DNA from: Chloroflexota bacterium
Lineage (GTDB): Bacteria; Chloroflexota; Dehalococcoidia; Dehalococcoidales; JACQON01
Length of the DNA stretch: 64,000 nt
Assembly (NCBI GenBank): GCA_016202545.1
Contig: JACQON010000016.1
Location: 575-64,574, forward strand
Direction: 5' to 3'
In this document: positions 17,737 through 27,628 of the stretch, in pieces
Position numbering within the stretch: the first letter of the stretch is position 1
Layout of the letters: every line of letters starts with the position of its first letter
Translations under genes and position numbers: made by a program
Notes under the pieces: model-generated
What the model was told of the DNA's origin: nothing
Database searches by the model: none
The model's input: only the letters and a program-made list of their open reading frames with translations

Positions 17737-19881
17737 ATGAAGAAAAAACTGGTCATAGTCGAGTCGCCGGCTAAAGCGAGGACGCTAAGCAAGTTTCTCG
17801 GCGCCAGCTACAACCTCAAAGCCTCACTGGGACATGTTAGAGACCTGCCCAAAAGCAAGCTGGGGGTGGACACGGAGACCGGCTTCACGCCCACCTACGT
17901 GATACCCAGAGACAAGAGCAAGATTGTCCAGGAGCTAAAGCAGGCAGCCAGTAAGGCCGCGGCCATATACCTGGCCACGGACCCGGACCGCGAGGGTGAG
18001 GCCATCTCGTGGCACCTGGCCGAGGTGACCAAATCAAACGGAGCCTCCTACCACCGCGTCGTCTTTCACGAGATAACCGAAGAGGCCATCGAACGCGCCT
18101 TCAAACATCCCCGGTCCATAGACATGCAACTGGTCAACGCCCAGCAGACGCGGCGCATCCTGGACAGGCTGGTAGGCTACAAAATCAGCCCGCTACTGTG
18201 GCAGAAAGTGCGGAAGAGGCTCTCGGCGGGCAGGGTGCAGTCAGTGGCGCTCAGGATTATCGTTGACCGCGAGCGTGAAATTGAGAAGTTCGTCCCCACC
18301 GAGTACTGGACAATCGAGGCTGAGCTGGCCAAAAAGACTGCCCGGCCCAAGAAGGGGGCCTTCCGGGCGGCACTGGTCGGCCTGGACGACGGCACCAGGC
18401 TGGAAATTCACAGCCAGCAACAGGCGGAGGCGATAACCGCGGAGCTTGAACAGGCAGTATATAGCGTGGCCAAAGTAAGCACCAAAAAGGTTACCCGTCA
18501 GCCGGCGCCGCCGTTCATAACCAGCACCCTGCAACAGGAAGCCTGGCGCAAGCTCCGCTTCACTGCCAAGCAGACCATGGCCGTTGCCCAGCAGCTTTAC
18601 GAAGGCCTGCCCATAGGCAATGAGGGAAACGTGGGCCTTATCACCTACATGCGAACGGACTCAACCCGGCTGGCCCACCAGGCAGTAGCCGAAGCCAGGG
18701 AGTTCATCAGCCGCAAGTACGGCCCCGAGTTCGTCCCACCCCATGCCCGCTCCTTTGCCAGAACTGTAAAAGGGGCGCAGGAAGCGCATGAGGCTATCCG
18801 CCCTACCAGAGTCCAGCGTGAGCCGGCGCTGGTTAAGAGATACCTCACTCCTGCCCAGTCCAAGCTATATGACCTGATATGGAAACGAATGGTGGCCTGC
18901 CAGATGTCGGCGGCCGTCTTTGACAGCACCACCGTTGACATCGCCGCCAGAGGCACCAAAGCCAGGTATTTATTCCGGGCTTCCAGCTCGGTGAACACCT
19001 TCCCCGGATTTATCATCCTTTACAGCGAAGGTAAGGACGAGGTCGAGAAAGAAGAGGGGAAGGACTCGCTGCTGCCTTCGCTGGAAAAAGGTGACAGCCT
19101 GAGCCTGCTCGGTCTTTTCCCCGAGCAGCATTTTACCCAGCCCCCGTCACGCTTCACAGAGGCCACCCTGATTAAGATGCTGGAACAGGAGGGCATTGGA
19201 CGTCCCAGCACCTATGCCCCCATCCTGTCCACCGTTCAGGAGCGGGAATACGTCACCAAGGTTGGAGGCTACTTCCAGCCCACGGAGCTGGGGGTCATCG
19301 TCAGCGACCTCCTCTGCCGGCACTTCCCCGACATCATGGATATAGCGTTCACCGCCCGCATGGAACTGGAGCTGGATGAGATAGCCAATAGCGACCGCAA
19401 CTGGGTGGATGCGGTGAGGGACTTCTATACACCCTTTGAGAAAAGCCTGAAGACCGCCTACCAGGTAATGGAAAGGGTCAAACTGCCAGATGAGCTCACG
19501 AAAGAAGTCTGTCCCCGGTGCGGCAAGCCCATGTTGGTCAAGACCGGGCGTTTCGGCAAGTTCCTGGCCTGCAGCGGCTACCCTGAATGTAAGTCCACCA
19601 TGCCCTTTAGGGTCAAGCTCGGAGTCGCCTGTCCCCAGTGCGGCGCTGAGCTGGTGGAAAGGGTGAGCAAAAAGAAGCGCAGGTTCTATGGCTGCAGCAA
19701 CTATCCCAACTGCAAGTTTGCCACCAACTCTAAGCCCCTCCCGCAGCCCTGCCCCGACTGCGGCGGCCTCCTTACCGCCTACGGGCAGCAGCGGGCAAAG
19801 TGTACCAAATGCGGTTATAAAGGAAGAGTGCCCGAGATAAAGACAGCCGCGGAAGCTAAGTCTGAAGCTGTCCCAACTTAA
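17737..19881 (+). CDS. topA: DNA topoisomerase I
   Basis: 714 aa with a TOPRIM N-terminus (LVIVESPAKARTL), GLITYMRTDS containing the active-site Tyr, and three or four C-terminal CxxC zinc ribbons. Confidence 0.95.
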   Translation: MKKKLVIVESPAKARTLSKFLGASYNLKASLGHVRDLPKSKLGVDTETGFTPTYVIPRDKSKIVQELKQAASKAAAIYLATDPDREGEAISWHLAEVTKSNGASYHRVVFHEITEEAIERAFKHPRSIDMQLVNAQQTRRILDRLVGYKISPLLWQKVRKRLSAGRVQSVALRIIVDREREIEKFVPTEYWTIEAELAKKTARPKKGAFRAALVGLDDGTRLEIHSQQQAEAITAELEQAVYSVAKVSTKKVTRQPAPPFITSTLQQEAWRKLRFTAKQTMAVAQQLYEGLPIGNEGNVGLITYMRTDSTRLAHQAVAEAREFISRKYGPEFVPPHARSFARTVKGAQEAHEAIRPTRVQREPALVKRYLTPAQSKLYDLIWKRMVACQMSAAVFDSTTVDIAARGTKARYLFRASSSVNTFPGFIILYSEGKDEVEKEEGKDSLLPSLEKGDSLSLLGLFPEQHFTQPPSRFTEATLIKMLEQEGIGRPSTYAPILSTVQEREYVTKVGGYFQPTELGVIVSDLLCRHFPDIMDIAFTARMELELDEIANSDRNWVDAVRDFYTPFEKSLKTAYQVMERVKLPDELTKEVCPRCGKPMLVKTGRFGKFLACSGYPECKSTMPFRVKLGVACPQCGAELVERVSKKKRRFYGCSNYPNCKFATNSKPLPQPCPDCGGLLTAYGQQRAKCTKCGYKGRVPEIKTAAEAKSEAVPT

Positions 19882-19901
19882 AGTGGACATGGAACCCCCC
19901 G

Positions 19902-20822
19902 ATGCAAGAAGTCTTCAATAGATATATAGGCTACCTTCAGGCGGAGCGAAACGTCTCACCCTATACGCTGCGCAATTATACTGCTGATTTGATGGACTTC
20001 TTTGGCTTCCTCAGGACCAGGGGCACAAGGTCGCTCCGGGAAATAGACAAGCAGGCGGTGCGCAACTATCTCTCCCACCTCAAGGAGCAGGGCCTGGCCA
20101 AGACAAGCATCGCCTGCAAGCTGTCGGCTATTCGCTCCTTCTATCGCTATCTGGTGCGGGAAGGGATGATTTCCACCAGCCCGGTGGCCACCACCCCCTC
20201 ACCCAAGCTGGACAAGCGCCTGCCCTCCTTCCTCACCATAGAAGAGGTCAACCGCCTGCTGGAGGCCCCCGGTCTGTCCACGCCCCAGGGCCTGCGCGAC
20301 CGCGCTCTGCTGGAGCTGCTCTACTCCTCCGGCATGAGAGTCAGCGAGCTGTCAAGGTTAAACCTGGAGCAGGTCAACCTCGATACCCGCGAAATCCGCG
20401 TCTGGGGAAAGGGCTCCAGAGAGCGGATAGTGCTGATGGGCAAGCCGGCGGCCGAGGCCCTCGGCCTTTACCTCGTCCAGGCCAGGCCGAAGCTCCTGCA
20501 CAAAAAGAGCAGCGGCGCCGTGTTCCTCAATCGCTACGGAGAGCGCCTTCCGGAACGGAGGGTGCAGAAGATACTGGAAGTTTATTCCCGCAAGGCGGGC
20601 ATGCCCAAGAAGGTGCACCCCCACATGCTGCGCCACACCTTCGCCACGCACATGCTCAATGGCGGCGCCGACCTGAGGGTAGTCCAAGAACTCCTGGGCC
20701 ACTCCAGCCTGTCCTCCACCCAAATCTACACCCATGTCACCAAAAGCCAAGCAAAGAAAGTATACCTCTCGGCTCACCCCATGGCGCAGGCAAAAGACGA
20801 TGAACATCCCGGGCAGGCTTAA
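19902..20822 (+). CDS. xerC: Tyrosine recombinase XerC/XerD
   Basis: 306 aa with RDRALLELLYSSGMRVSEL and HMLRHTFATHML...LGHSSLSSTQIYTHV. Sits in the conserved dprA-topA-xerC context. Confidence 0.85.
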   Translation: MQEVFNRYIGYLQAERNVSPYTLRNYTADLMDFFGFLRTRGTRSLREIDKQAVRNYLSHLKEQGLAKTSIACKLSAIRSFYRYLVREGMISTSPVATTPSPKLDKRLPSFLTIEEVNRLLEAPGLSTPQGLRDRALLELLYSSGMRVSELSRLNLEQVNLDTREIRVWGKGSRERIVLMGKPAAEALGLYLVQARPKLLHKKSSGAVFLNRYGERLPERRVQKILEVYSRKAGMPKKVHPHMLRHTFATHMLNGGADLRVVQELLGHSSLSSTQIYTHVTKSQAKKVYLSAHPMAQAKDDEHPGQA

Positions 20823-21873
20823 AAAGCTCCGCCAGGCGATGGCGGAAAAGGAGATTGACGCCATCCTGGTCTCCCAGCCGGAGAACAGGCGCTATCTTTC
20901 CGGCTTCGATGGCTCAGCCGGTTTTCTGCTCATCACGCCGCGGGACGCCATTCTGGCCACCGACTTCCGCTACACTGAACAGGCCGGAAACCAGGCGCCC
21001 GACTATGAGATATTCCGGACAGTCGGCGATATGGCCGATTGGCTCCCCGCGCTGGCATCCAGGCTGGGAGAGATACGGCTTGGATTCGAGGCCGGGCATA
21101 TCACCTTCGCCCAGAACCGACAGTTATCTGCTATAATAGCTAAAGCCGGGTCCCGACTCAGCCTCGTCCCGGTAAATGGACTGGTCGAGCCTCTGCGGGC
21201 GATAAAAGAGCCTGAGGAAATCGAGCTTATCACCGGCGCCGTGGATGTTGCTGATAGCGCCCTGGCACATGTTGAAAGAGTTATGCGCGCCGGCATGACG
21301 GAAAAAGAGGTAGCCTGGGCGATAGAGAAATTCATGCGGGAGAAGGGCAGCCAGCCGGTGCCGTTTGAGATTATCGTTGCTTCCGGACCGAACTCGGCCC
21401 TGCCCCATGCCAGGCCTTCAGCCCGTGTTATCCAGGACGGCGAGCCGGTGGTGATTGATATCGGCGCCAGGCTTGATGGCTACTCCAGCGACCTCACCCG
21501 CACCTTCTACCTGGGCGCACCTGACGTCACCTTCAAAAAGGTCTATGACACCGTGCTCGGCGCCCAGCTTGCCGCCATCGCCCTGCTAAAGGAGGGGATG
21601 AGCGGCGAAGAAGCCGACAGCCTGGCCAGGGCGGTCATTGAAGAGGCAGGCTATGGCGAAGCCTTCGGGCATGGCCTGGGGCATGGCGTCGGGCTGGCAC
21701 CTCATGAGCTGCCGCGCCTCGGCCCGAAGTCCCAGGACCGCCTCGCTGGCGGCATGATATTCACCATTGAGCCTGGAATTTACCTCCCCGGCTGGGGAGG
21801 AGTAAGAATCGAAGACATGGTCGCCATGGGAGATGGTGAAATAAGAACCATCTCCAAAGCAAGGAAGACATGA
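20800..21873 (+). CDS. pepP: Xaa-Pro aminopeptidase (M24B family)
   Basis: Start taken at ATG 20800 (MNIPGRLKKLRQAM...). Has creatinase-like N-domain motifs and the M24 metal ligands (HGLGHGVGL, IEPGIY). Confidence 0.85.
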   Translation: MNIPGRLKKLRQAMAEKEIDAILVSQPENRRYLSGFDGSAGFLLITPRDAILATDFRYTEQAGNQAPDYEIFRTVGDMADWLPALASRLGEIRLGFEAGHITFAQNRQLSAIIAKAGSRLSLVPVNGLVEPLRAIKEPEEIELITGAVDVADSALAHVERVMRAGMTEKEVAWAIEKFMREKGSQPVPFEIIVASGPNSALPHARPSARVIQDGEPVVIDIGARLDGYSSDLTRTFYLGAPDVTFKKVYDTVLGAQLAAIALLKEGMSGEEADSLARAVIEEAGYGEAFGHGLGHGVGLAPHELPRLGPKSQDRLAGGMIFTIEPGIYLPGWGGVRIEDMVAMGDGEIRTISKARKT

Positions 21874-21874
21874 T

Positions 21875-22432
21875 ATGATAAGCGGAGCTGACCTCAGACG
21901 GGGTGTCATCATTGAGCTGGAAAACAAGCTCTACCAGGTAGTGGATTACCAGCACGTCAAGATGAAGCGGACGGCCCTGGCGCGGGTCAAACTACGCGAC
22001 CTCAGCGCCGGTCATACCACTGAGCGGACCTTCCAGTCTGACGACAGGCTCATTCAGGCGCGCCTGGACTACCGCAACATGAAGTACCTCTATAACGAAG
22101 GCAACCTGTACTATTTCATGGACGAAGAGACCTTCGAGCAGACGCCAGTTACCGCCCAGCAACTGGGCGACGCCCTCAACTATCTCAAGGAGGGCATGTC
22201 CGTGGCGGTATCAAGCTACAAGGACCGGATGGTGGGAATAGAGATGCCTATCACCGTCGAGCTACAGGTAGCTGACACCGAGCCCGGTTTCAAGGGAGAC
22301 ACCGCTACTGCTGGCACCAAGCCAGCCAAGCTGGAAACCGGCCTTGCCATCCAGGTCCCCTTGTTCGTCAACAAGGGGGACATCCTCAAGGTTGATACTC
22401 GCAGCGGCGCCTACCTGGAGAGGGTGAGTTGA
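21875..22432 (+). CDS. efp: Elongation factor P
   Basis: 185 aa. The MISGADLRRGVIIELENKLYQVVDYQHVKMKRTA... pattern is typical of EF-P. Confidence 0.95.
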   Translation: MISGADLRRGVIIELENKLYQVVDYQHVKMKRTALARVKLRDLSAGHTTERTFQSDDRLIQARLDYRNMKYLYNEGNLYYFMDEETFEQTPVTAQQLGDALNYLKEGMSVAVSSYKDRMVGIEMPITVELQVADTEPGFKGDTATAGTKPAKLETGLAIQVPLFVNKGDILKVDTRSGAYLERVS

Positions 22433-23088
22433 GCCAGACAAGATTGATAAAAGCCGACCTCCATGTTCATACCGAGTACTCCATGGACTGCGGCACACCC
22501 CTGGAAAAGGTCATCCGCAGCGGCATCGATGCCGGCATAAACTGCATCGCCGTAGCCGACCACGGCACCACTGAGGGAGCTTTGAAGCTGCAGAAGCTGG
22601 CCCCCTTCACCGTAATCGTGGCCGAGGAAATATTGACCCCCAACGGCGAAGTCATGGGTATGTTCCTCAAGGAGACCATACCCAGTAACATATCTATTGA
22701 CCAGGCCATATCCCGCATCCGTGAGCAGGACGGCCTGATATGCATCCCCCACCCATTTGATGTGCTGAGGCGAATCAGCCTGGACGGCGACATGCTGGAG
22801 GAAGTGGCCAGACAGATTGACATCGTGGAGACGTTTAACTCGCGAAGCCCCTCCCTGAAAAGCTCGGTAAGGGCCGGGGACTTTGCCCGGAAGTATGGCC
22901 TGGCTCAAAGCGCCGGCAGCGACGCCCATACCGCCGGCGAAATCGGCAGGGCGTATGTTGAGATGCCTGAATTCACCGGCAAGGACGATTTCCTTCAGGC
23001 TCTGAAACAGGGCAGGGTGTTCGGACGCAAGACCGGCCCCCTGGCCCACTTCAACAGCCTGTGGGCAAGGCTAAAGAAACGACTGTAG
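22429..23088 (+). CDS. PHP-domain metal-dependent phosphoesterase
   Basis: 219 aa with ADLHVHTEYSMDC, IAVADHGT and PHPFD histidine motifs. Confidence 0.7.
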   Translation: MSQTRLIKADLHVHTEYSMDCGTPLEKVIRSGIDAGINCIAVADHGTTEGALKLQKLAPFTVIVAEEILTPNGEVMGMFLKETIPSNISIDQAISRIREQDGLICIPHPFDVLRRISLDGDMLEEVARQIDIVETFNSRSPSLKSSVRAGDFARKYGLAQSAGSDAHTAGEIGRAYVEMPEFTGKDDFLQALKQGRVFGRKTGPLAHFNSLWARLKKRL

Positions 23089-23108
23089 CCGTGGGCGACG
23101 GAGACACA

Positions 23109-23915
23109 ATGTACCAGCTTGGCTGGTTTTCCACAGGCAGAGACAGGGCAGCCCGTGACCTGCTGACAGCGGTACACAGCAAGATAGCGCTGGGTGAAAT
23201 AGAGGCCGAGATAGCCTTCGTCTTCAGCAACCGTGAGCCCGGTGAAGCGGAAGAAAGCGACCTGTTCTTCAAGCTGGTCAAAGACCTTCGGCTGCCCCTC
23301 ATTTGTTTTTCCTCCCACAGGTTCAAACAGGGCGAAACGGCTTCACCTCGGTGGCGGCTGGCATACGACCGGCAGGTGATGAAAAGGCTGCACGGCTTTC
23401 ATCCCGACCTCTGTGTCCTGGCCGGCTACATGCTGATTGTCGGCGAGGAGATGTGCCGGAGATACGACATGCTCAACCTGCACCCGGCGGCACCGGGCGG
23501 GCCTGCCGGAAGCTGGCAAAAGGTAATCTGGCAGCTGATAGAAAGCCGGGCACAGCGGACAGGGGTGATGATGCACCTGGTCACCCCGGAGCTTGATAAG
23601 GGGCCCGTGGCGACCTATTGCACCTTTCCCATCACCGGCGAGCCCTTTGATAAGCACTGGAAGGAAATAGAGGCGACGCCTGTCGCGGAAGTCAAAAAGC
23701 AGCAGGGCGAGAATAACCGCCTGTTCAGGCTCATCCGGGAGCACGGCCTGGCCAGAGAATTCCCGCTGATAATATCCACCCTGAAGGCCTTCAGCCAGGG
23801 CAAAATCAGGATAACCCGGGATAAACGGATGGTTGATGCCACCGCGAAGCCCCTCAGCGGCTATGACCTGAGCCAGGACATAGATGAGCTAGTGTTGCGT
23901 CAGGTAAATAGGTGA
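23109..23915 (+). CDS. Formyltransferase-family protein (PurN-like fold)
   Basis: Start at ATG 23109 (MYQLGWFSTG...). Has LNLHPAAPGGPAG in place of the canonical INIHPSLLP motif. The assignment is family-level only. Confidence 0.55.
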   Translation: MYQLGWFSTGRDRAARDLLTAVHSKIALGEIEAEIAFVFSNREPGEAEESDLFFKLVKDLRLPLICFSSHRFKQGETASPRWRLAYDRQVMKRLHGFHPDLCVLAGYMLIVGEEMCRRYDMLNLHPAAPGGPAGSWQKVIWQLIESRAQRTGVMMHLVTPELDKGPVATYCTFPITGEPFDKHWKEIEATPVAEVKKQQGENNRLFRLIREHGLAREFPLIISTLKAFSQGKIRITRDKRMVDATAKPLSGYDLSQDIDELVLRQVNR

Positions 23916-23987
23916 ATATTCGGCGTCAGGAGAAATAGGATTACTCTAATTCAACGGCGGTGTTAAGTCGAATGCCCATCCCTCTGA

Positions 23988-24080
23988 CCCCCTTCCCAAT
24001 GGGAAGGGGGAGTTAAGAAAAGAGAGGGGGCAGTGCCCCCTCTCTAAAATCTCTTCCCCTTCTCCTTTAAGGAGAAGGGG
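23988..24080. repeat. Cluster of three consecutive perfect GC-rich hairpins (REP/MITE-like)
   Basis: 23988..24010 is CCCCCTTCCC-AAT-GGGAAGGGGG. 24021..24045 is AGAGAGGGGGC-AGT-GCCCCCTCTCT. 24056..24080 is the perfect palindrome CCCCTTCTCCTT/AAGGAGAAGGGG. Confidence 0.6.
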
Positions 24081-24236
24081 ACACTCGTTCCGATTATCGT
24101 CAGAGTGAAAAGGGGATGAGGTCGTCAATAAGCAGGACTATGTGCTGAAATCGTATTGGGTACAGTAATTAACCTGACAAGAGACTGGTAGGACGAATGG
24201 CCTGATACAGCACACTCGCCGGAGAGGAAACGAGGG

Positions 24237-25232
24237 ATGAAGAACAACTTTATCTGCTTTGACCTTGAAGGGCCGCTATCGCCTCAGGACAACGCCTACG
24301 AGCTGATGAAGCTCTTCCCCGGCGGCGACCGGGTCTTTGAGCTCATCAGCCGCTATGACGACCTTCTCACCCTGGAAGAGAGAGCGGACTACGAGCCCGG
24401 CGATACCCTGGCGCTGATAGTCCCCTTCCTTATGCTCCACAATATCACGGAAGACCATATTGCCGGCCTGGCCGCTCAGGCCCGCTTCACCGGAGGCGCC
24501 CAGAAGCTCATCGTCCAGCTCCAGTACGATGGTTGGAAGGTGTTCTGCATCACCACCACCTACGAGCAATACGCCATTCATCTCACCCACAAGCTAGGCA
24601 TTTATGCCCATTACGTGGCCTGCACCCCGTTCCCCCTCCGCAAGCTGAGAGGGGACTTGGATAAGACGGACATTGCCCTGGCGGAGCAGGTTGAGAAAGA
24701 AATCCTGGCCCTGCACCCGGTGGCCGACGATGACAGGCTCAAATACATCCTGGACGAGTTTTTCTGGAAGAAGCTGCCGGAGACAAACCTGGGGCCGGCG
24801 CTAAAGGAGATAAAGCCGGTGGGCGGGCGGCGCAAAGTGGCGGCCCTGAAGGGATTTGCCGATGCTCACGGCCAGCCGCTGTCCAACTGGGTGGTGGTGG
24901 GCGATAGCATCACCGACTTCAGGATGCTCCAGGAGGTGGAAACGAACGGAGGGCTGGCGGTCGCCTTCAACGCCAACGAATACGCCCTGCCCTACGCCAC
25001 CATGGGCCTGGCCTCCACGTTCATCAGCGACCTGGCCGAGGTGTTGCAATCATGGAGAAAGGGCTACCGGAAGGAAGCGGAAAAAATAGTCCGGCAAAAG
25101 GAGAAAACCGGCGGCAGCGGCGACCGGGGCCACTTCCACTGGCTGTCAGGCAGAAAAGACATAGCTGATGTCATCGAGATTCATAAAGGGATAAGACGGC
25201 TGGTCAGGGAAGAGGCGGGCAAATTAGGATAA
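24237..25232 (+). CDS. HAD-superfamily-like hydrolase (uncertain)
   Basis: 331 aa. N-terminal FDLEGPL resembles HAD motif I and VVVGDSITDFRML resembles motif IV. I cannot assign it more precisely. Confidence 0.45.
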   Translation: MKNNFICFDLEGPLSPQDNAYELMKLFPGGDRVFELISRYDDLLTLEERADYEPGDTLALIVPFLMLHNITEDHIAGLAAQARFTGGAQKLIVQLQYDGWKVFCITTTYEQYAIHLTHKLGIYAHYVACTPFPLRKLRGDLDKTDIALAEQVEKEILALHPVADDDRLKYILDEFFWKKLPETNLGPALKEIKPVGGRRKVAALKGFADAHGQPLSNWVVVGDSITDFRMLQEVETNGGLAVAFNANEYALPYATMGLASTFISDLAEVLQSWRKGYRKEAEKIVRQKEKTGGSGDRGHFHWLSGRKDIADVIEIHKGIRRLVREEAGKLG

Positions 25233-25382
25233 ATTCGAAAGATGCCGCCCGACAAGTTTCATGTTCGACGGCGGTTAGAGTCCGATTCGGGGGTGAATAG
25301 GTAAATCGAACCTGCAATCTGCAAGTAAGCCTGTTTTATAATGGGAAGGCCATAAGGGGGGGGCAATCTTTAGGAGGACTGA

Positions 25383-26054
25383 GTGAACTGGTTTGAACGA
25401 TATGGTATTCCTGGTTTCTATTTTGTTGGCCTTATGGCGGGCTGGACATATGCCTTTTCCCCGCACACAAATAATATACTGGACAACCCGGGCCTGATAG
25501 CCGCCTTCATAGCCGTGTCCTTGCCGATAGGATACATCATATCAATTGTCAGTCAGGCCGTCTACTTAAGCTGGAGGCGTTGCCTATGGAATTGCCGACA
25601 CTTGCGAGGATGGCTGGGCTACCATGGAGCAGCGATGGATATGGCTGGCATTACATCAATCGGCTTCCCCGGAGCTATGCCGCCTGATAATCGTGATGAG
25701 CGTCTCAATGAAGCCAACACCCTTCTTCTTACTGCATTGAGCAAGAGGACTTCAGTTCGTACCCAAGAGTACGTTCGGAATTGGATTGCCAGACGACAAG
25801 ACGTCTGCGCCATGAACCAATCAGTCATTTTGGCCACTCTTCTTGCCCCAATACTCGCTTTTGTCATTTGTAAGCTCCAACCGGGGTCTCCCCGCGCTGA
25901 TGTCGTTATCTTTTTAAGCAGCGTTAGCGCTGCTGTAATATTGGCGATGATTTTCGGCATACAGGTATTGAGAAAGCAAGTTATTGAAGTTATCGCTGGA
26001 ATATACCGGGCTATAGGCGACGCGAGGCCTGACCAGCCTTCTCCGCCCCGTTAG
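25383..26054 (+). CDS. Hypothetical membrane protein
   Basis: 223 aa, GTG start 5 nt after AGGAGGA, about four hydrophobic segments. No recognisable family. Confidence 0.4.
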   Translation: MNWFERYGIPGFYFVGLMAGWTYAFSPHTNNILDNPGLIAAFIAVSLPIGYIISIVSQAVYLSWRRCLWNCRHLRGWLGYHGAAMDMAGITSIGFPGAMPPDNRDERLNEANTLLLTALSKRTSVRTQEYVRNWIARRQDVCAMNQSVILATLLAPILAFVICKLQPGSPRADVVIFLSSVSAAVILAMIFGIQVLRKQVIEVIAGIYRAIGDARPDQPSPPR

Positions 26055-26125
26055 TGGACGGTACGCTTTTACCAGCCGCCTTAATGAAATCTGCTATAAT
26101 AGGGACGCTAAGGGAGGAGTGTTTT

Positions 26126-26356
26126 ATGGTCAGCCAATTTAAGATTGTGCTGGAAAAGACCCCTGACGGGTATGTGGCTTATCCCCTGAGCTTAAAGGGT
26201 GTTGTAGTCGGCCAGGGGGATACCTACGAGCAAGCCCTGGCAGATGTAAAATCGGCTATCCGGTTTCATATTGAGACCTTCGGCAACGAAATGCTGGAAT
26301 TGGAGCCACCTGTTCTCGATGCGTTTATCGCCGAGACGGGGGTAAAACGCCTCTGA
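26126..26356 (+). CDS. hicB: HicB-family antitoxin-like protein (UPF0150 fold)
   Basis: Start at ATG 26126, 7 nt after GGGAGGAG. The pattern FKIVLEKTPDGYVAYPLSLKGVVVGQGDTYEQALADVKSAIRFHIE is typical of the HicB N-terminal domain. Confidence 0.65.
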   Translation: MVSQFKIVLEKTPDGYVAYPLSLKGVVVGQGDTYEQALADVKSAIRFHIETFGNEMLELEPPVLDAFIAETGVKRL

Positions 26357-26358
26357 CA

Positions 26359-26460
26359 ATGCCTGGTCACCCGAGAATCAAGAGTTCGACGTTGCGGACA
26401 ATCTGCACTAAAGCAGGAATACCAAGAGAGGACTTCTTGCGGGTTTATAATCAGACATAG
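26359..26460 (+). pseudogene. Probable truncated hicA-like toxin remnant (33 codons)
   Basis: MPGHPRIKSSTLRTICTKAGIPREDFLRVYNQT resembles only the C-terminal tail of HicA toxins (..P.H.elk.GTLr.IL..AG.s.eeF). The N-terminal part of the toxin domain is absent. Confidence 0.4.
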
Positions 26461-26607
26461 ACTGTGGGTTACGAACTGTCCCCGTTTTCGGCGCATCGGT
26501 CAACTGCCGGGCTAGGCGAATTCTTAACCCCCTCCCACCAGTGTTCGCTGCACCGCGTTAGCCTGGAGAGCCAGATTCATTTGTAAAGAGAAAGGGGTAG
26601 GACTTAA

Positions 26608-27621
26608 TTGAACAGTATTGAAGTAGCCGGGCTGGGCGCGCTGAACGTAGACCTTATATATCAGGTAGAACGCATTCTGGGAGACGGAGAGACAGCACAC
26701 CAGGAGCAAGTGGAAGGCATCTCCAGATACAGAGAGGCAAAACCGAAATTTTTGGGCCGTTTCCCAGGTGGCTCAGCGGCTAATACTATCTATGGCCTGG
26801 CCAAGTTCGGCATAAAGACCGGCTTCGTTGGTGTCGTCGGCGATGACGATGGGGGCAAGCTATTGCTTCAGGACTTTGCGAAAGCGGGTGTGGACACAAG
26901 CCAAATCAAGGTAATACCAGGCGCAAAAACGGGCTCAGCACGGTGTTTTAGCGACAAGCTCAATTTCCGCAAAATCATGGTATCTCCGGCCACGGCCAAC
27001 AGCCTGCTGGCGATAAATGATATAGACTTAGATTATTTGAACCAGGCCAAAATACTCCATGTATCTTCATTCGCTGATGACCCTCAACTGGACGTTCTAC
27101 TGGAACTGATAGCCAAGCTGGACTCTTCGGTCAAAGTTAGTTTTTCCCCGGGAGCATTGTATGCTTCCAAAGGGCTTCCAACCCTGACTCCGATATTAGC
27201 TAAGACCTATGTCTTATTCATAAACGAGAGTGAAATAAAGGAGTTGACTGGCAGGGATTTCAATTCCGGTGCTAAGCGCTGTCTTGACCTGGGCTGCCAC
27301 ATTGTTGTGGTCACCCTGGGAGAAGGGACAAGCTACAAAACTGTCATGGCAACCAGCTATATCAGAACCGCCGATGGGGAATATGTAGTTAAGCCTAACG
27401 ACAAGAGCATCATATCTGCTTCAGATACAGTTGGCGCCGGCGATGCCTTCGCCGCTGGCTTTATCTATGGCCTGCTTGCAGGCAAGGGCCCCCTGGAGTG
27501 CGGCCGCCTGGGTGACATCGTGGCCCGCTTTTCCATCACCAGGGTGGGAGCAAGACAAGGCCTCCCCACTCTCGGTGAGCTGACCCAACGTTATCAGGAA
27601 CTCTACTCAAAGCAACCGTAG
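26608..27621 (+). CDS. PfkB-family carbohydrate/nucleoside kinase
   Basis: 337 aa, TTG start. Has the GGSAANT and DTVGAGDAFAAGFIYG signature motifs. Confidence 0.8.
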   Translation: MNSIEVAGLGALNVDLIYQVERILGDGETAHQEQVEGISRYREAKPKFLGRFPGGSAANTIYGLAKFGIKTGFVGVVGDDDGGKLLLQDFAKAGVDTSQIKVIPGAKTGSARCFSDKLNFRKIMVSPATANSLLAINDIDLDYLNQAKILHVSSFADDPQLDVLLELIAKLDSSVKVSFSPGALYASKGLPTLTPILAKTYVLFINESEIKELTGRDFNSGAKRCLDLGCHIVVVTLGEGTSYKTVMATSYIRTADGEYVVKPNDKSIISASDTVGAGDAFAAGFIYGLLAGKGPLECGRLGDIVARFSITRVGARQGLPTLGELTQRYQELYSKQP

Positions 27622-27628
27622 TCGCTGA

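Noticed and set aside
23946-24128. 60-aa minus-strand ORF spanning the triple-hairpin cluster
   Set aside because: The frame is generated by the palindromes themselves (PLLLKGEGE-type translation), has no SD, and is better explained as a non-coding repeat.
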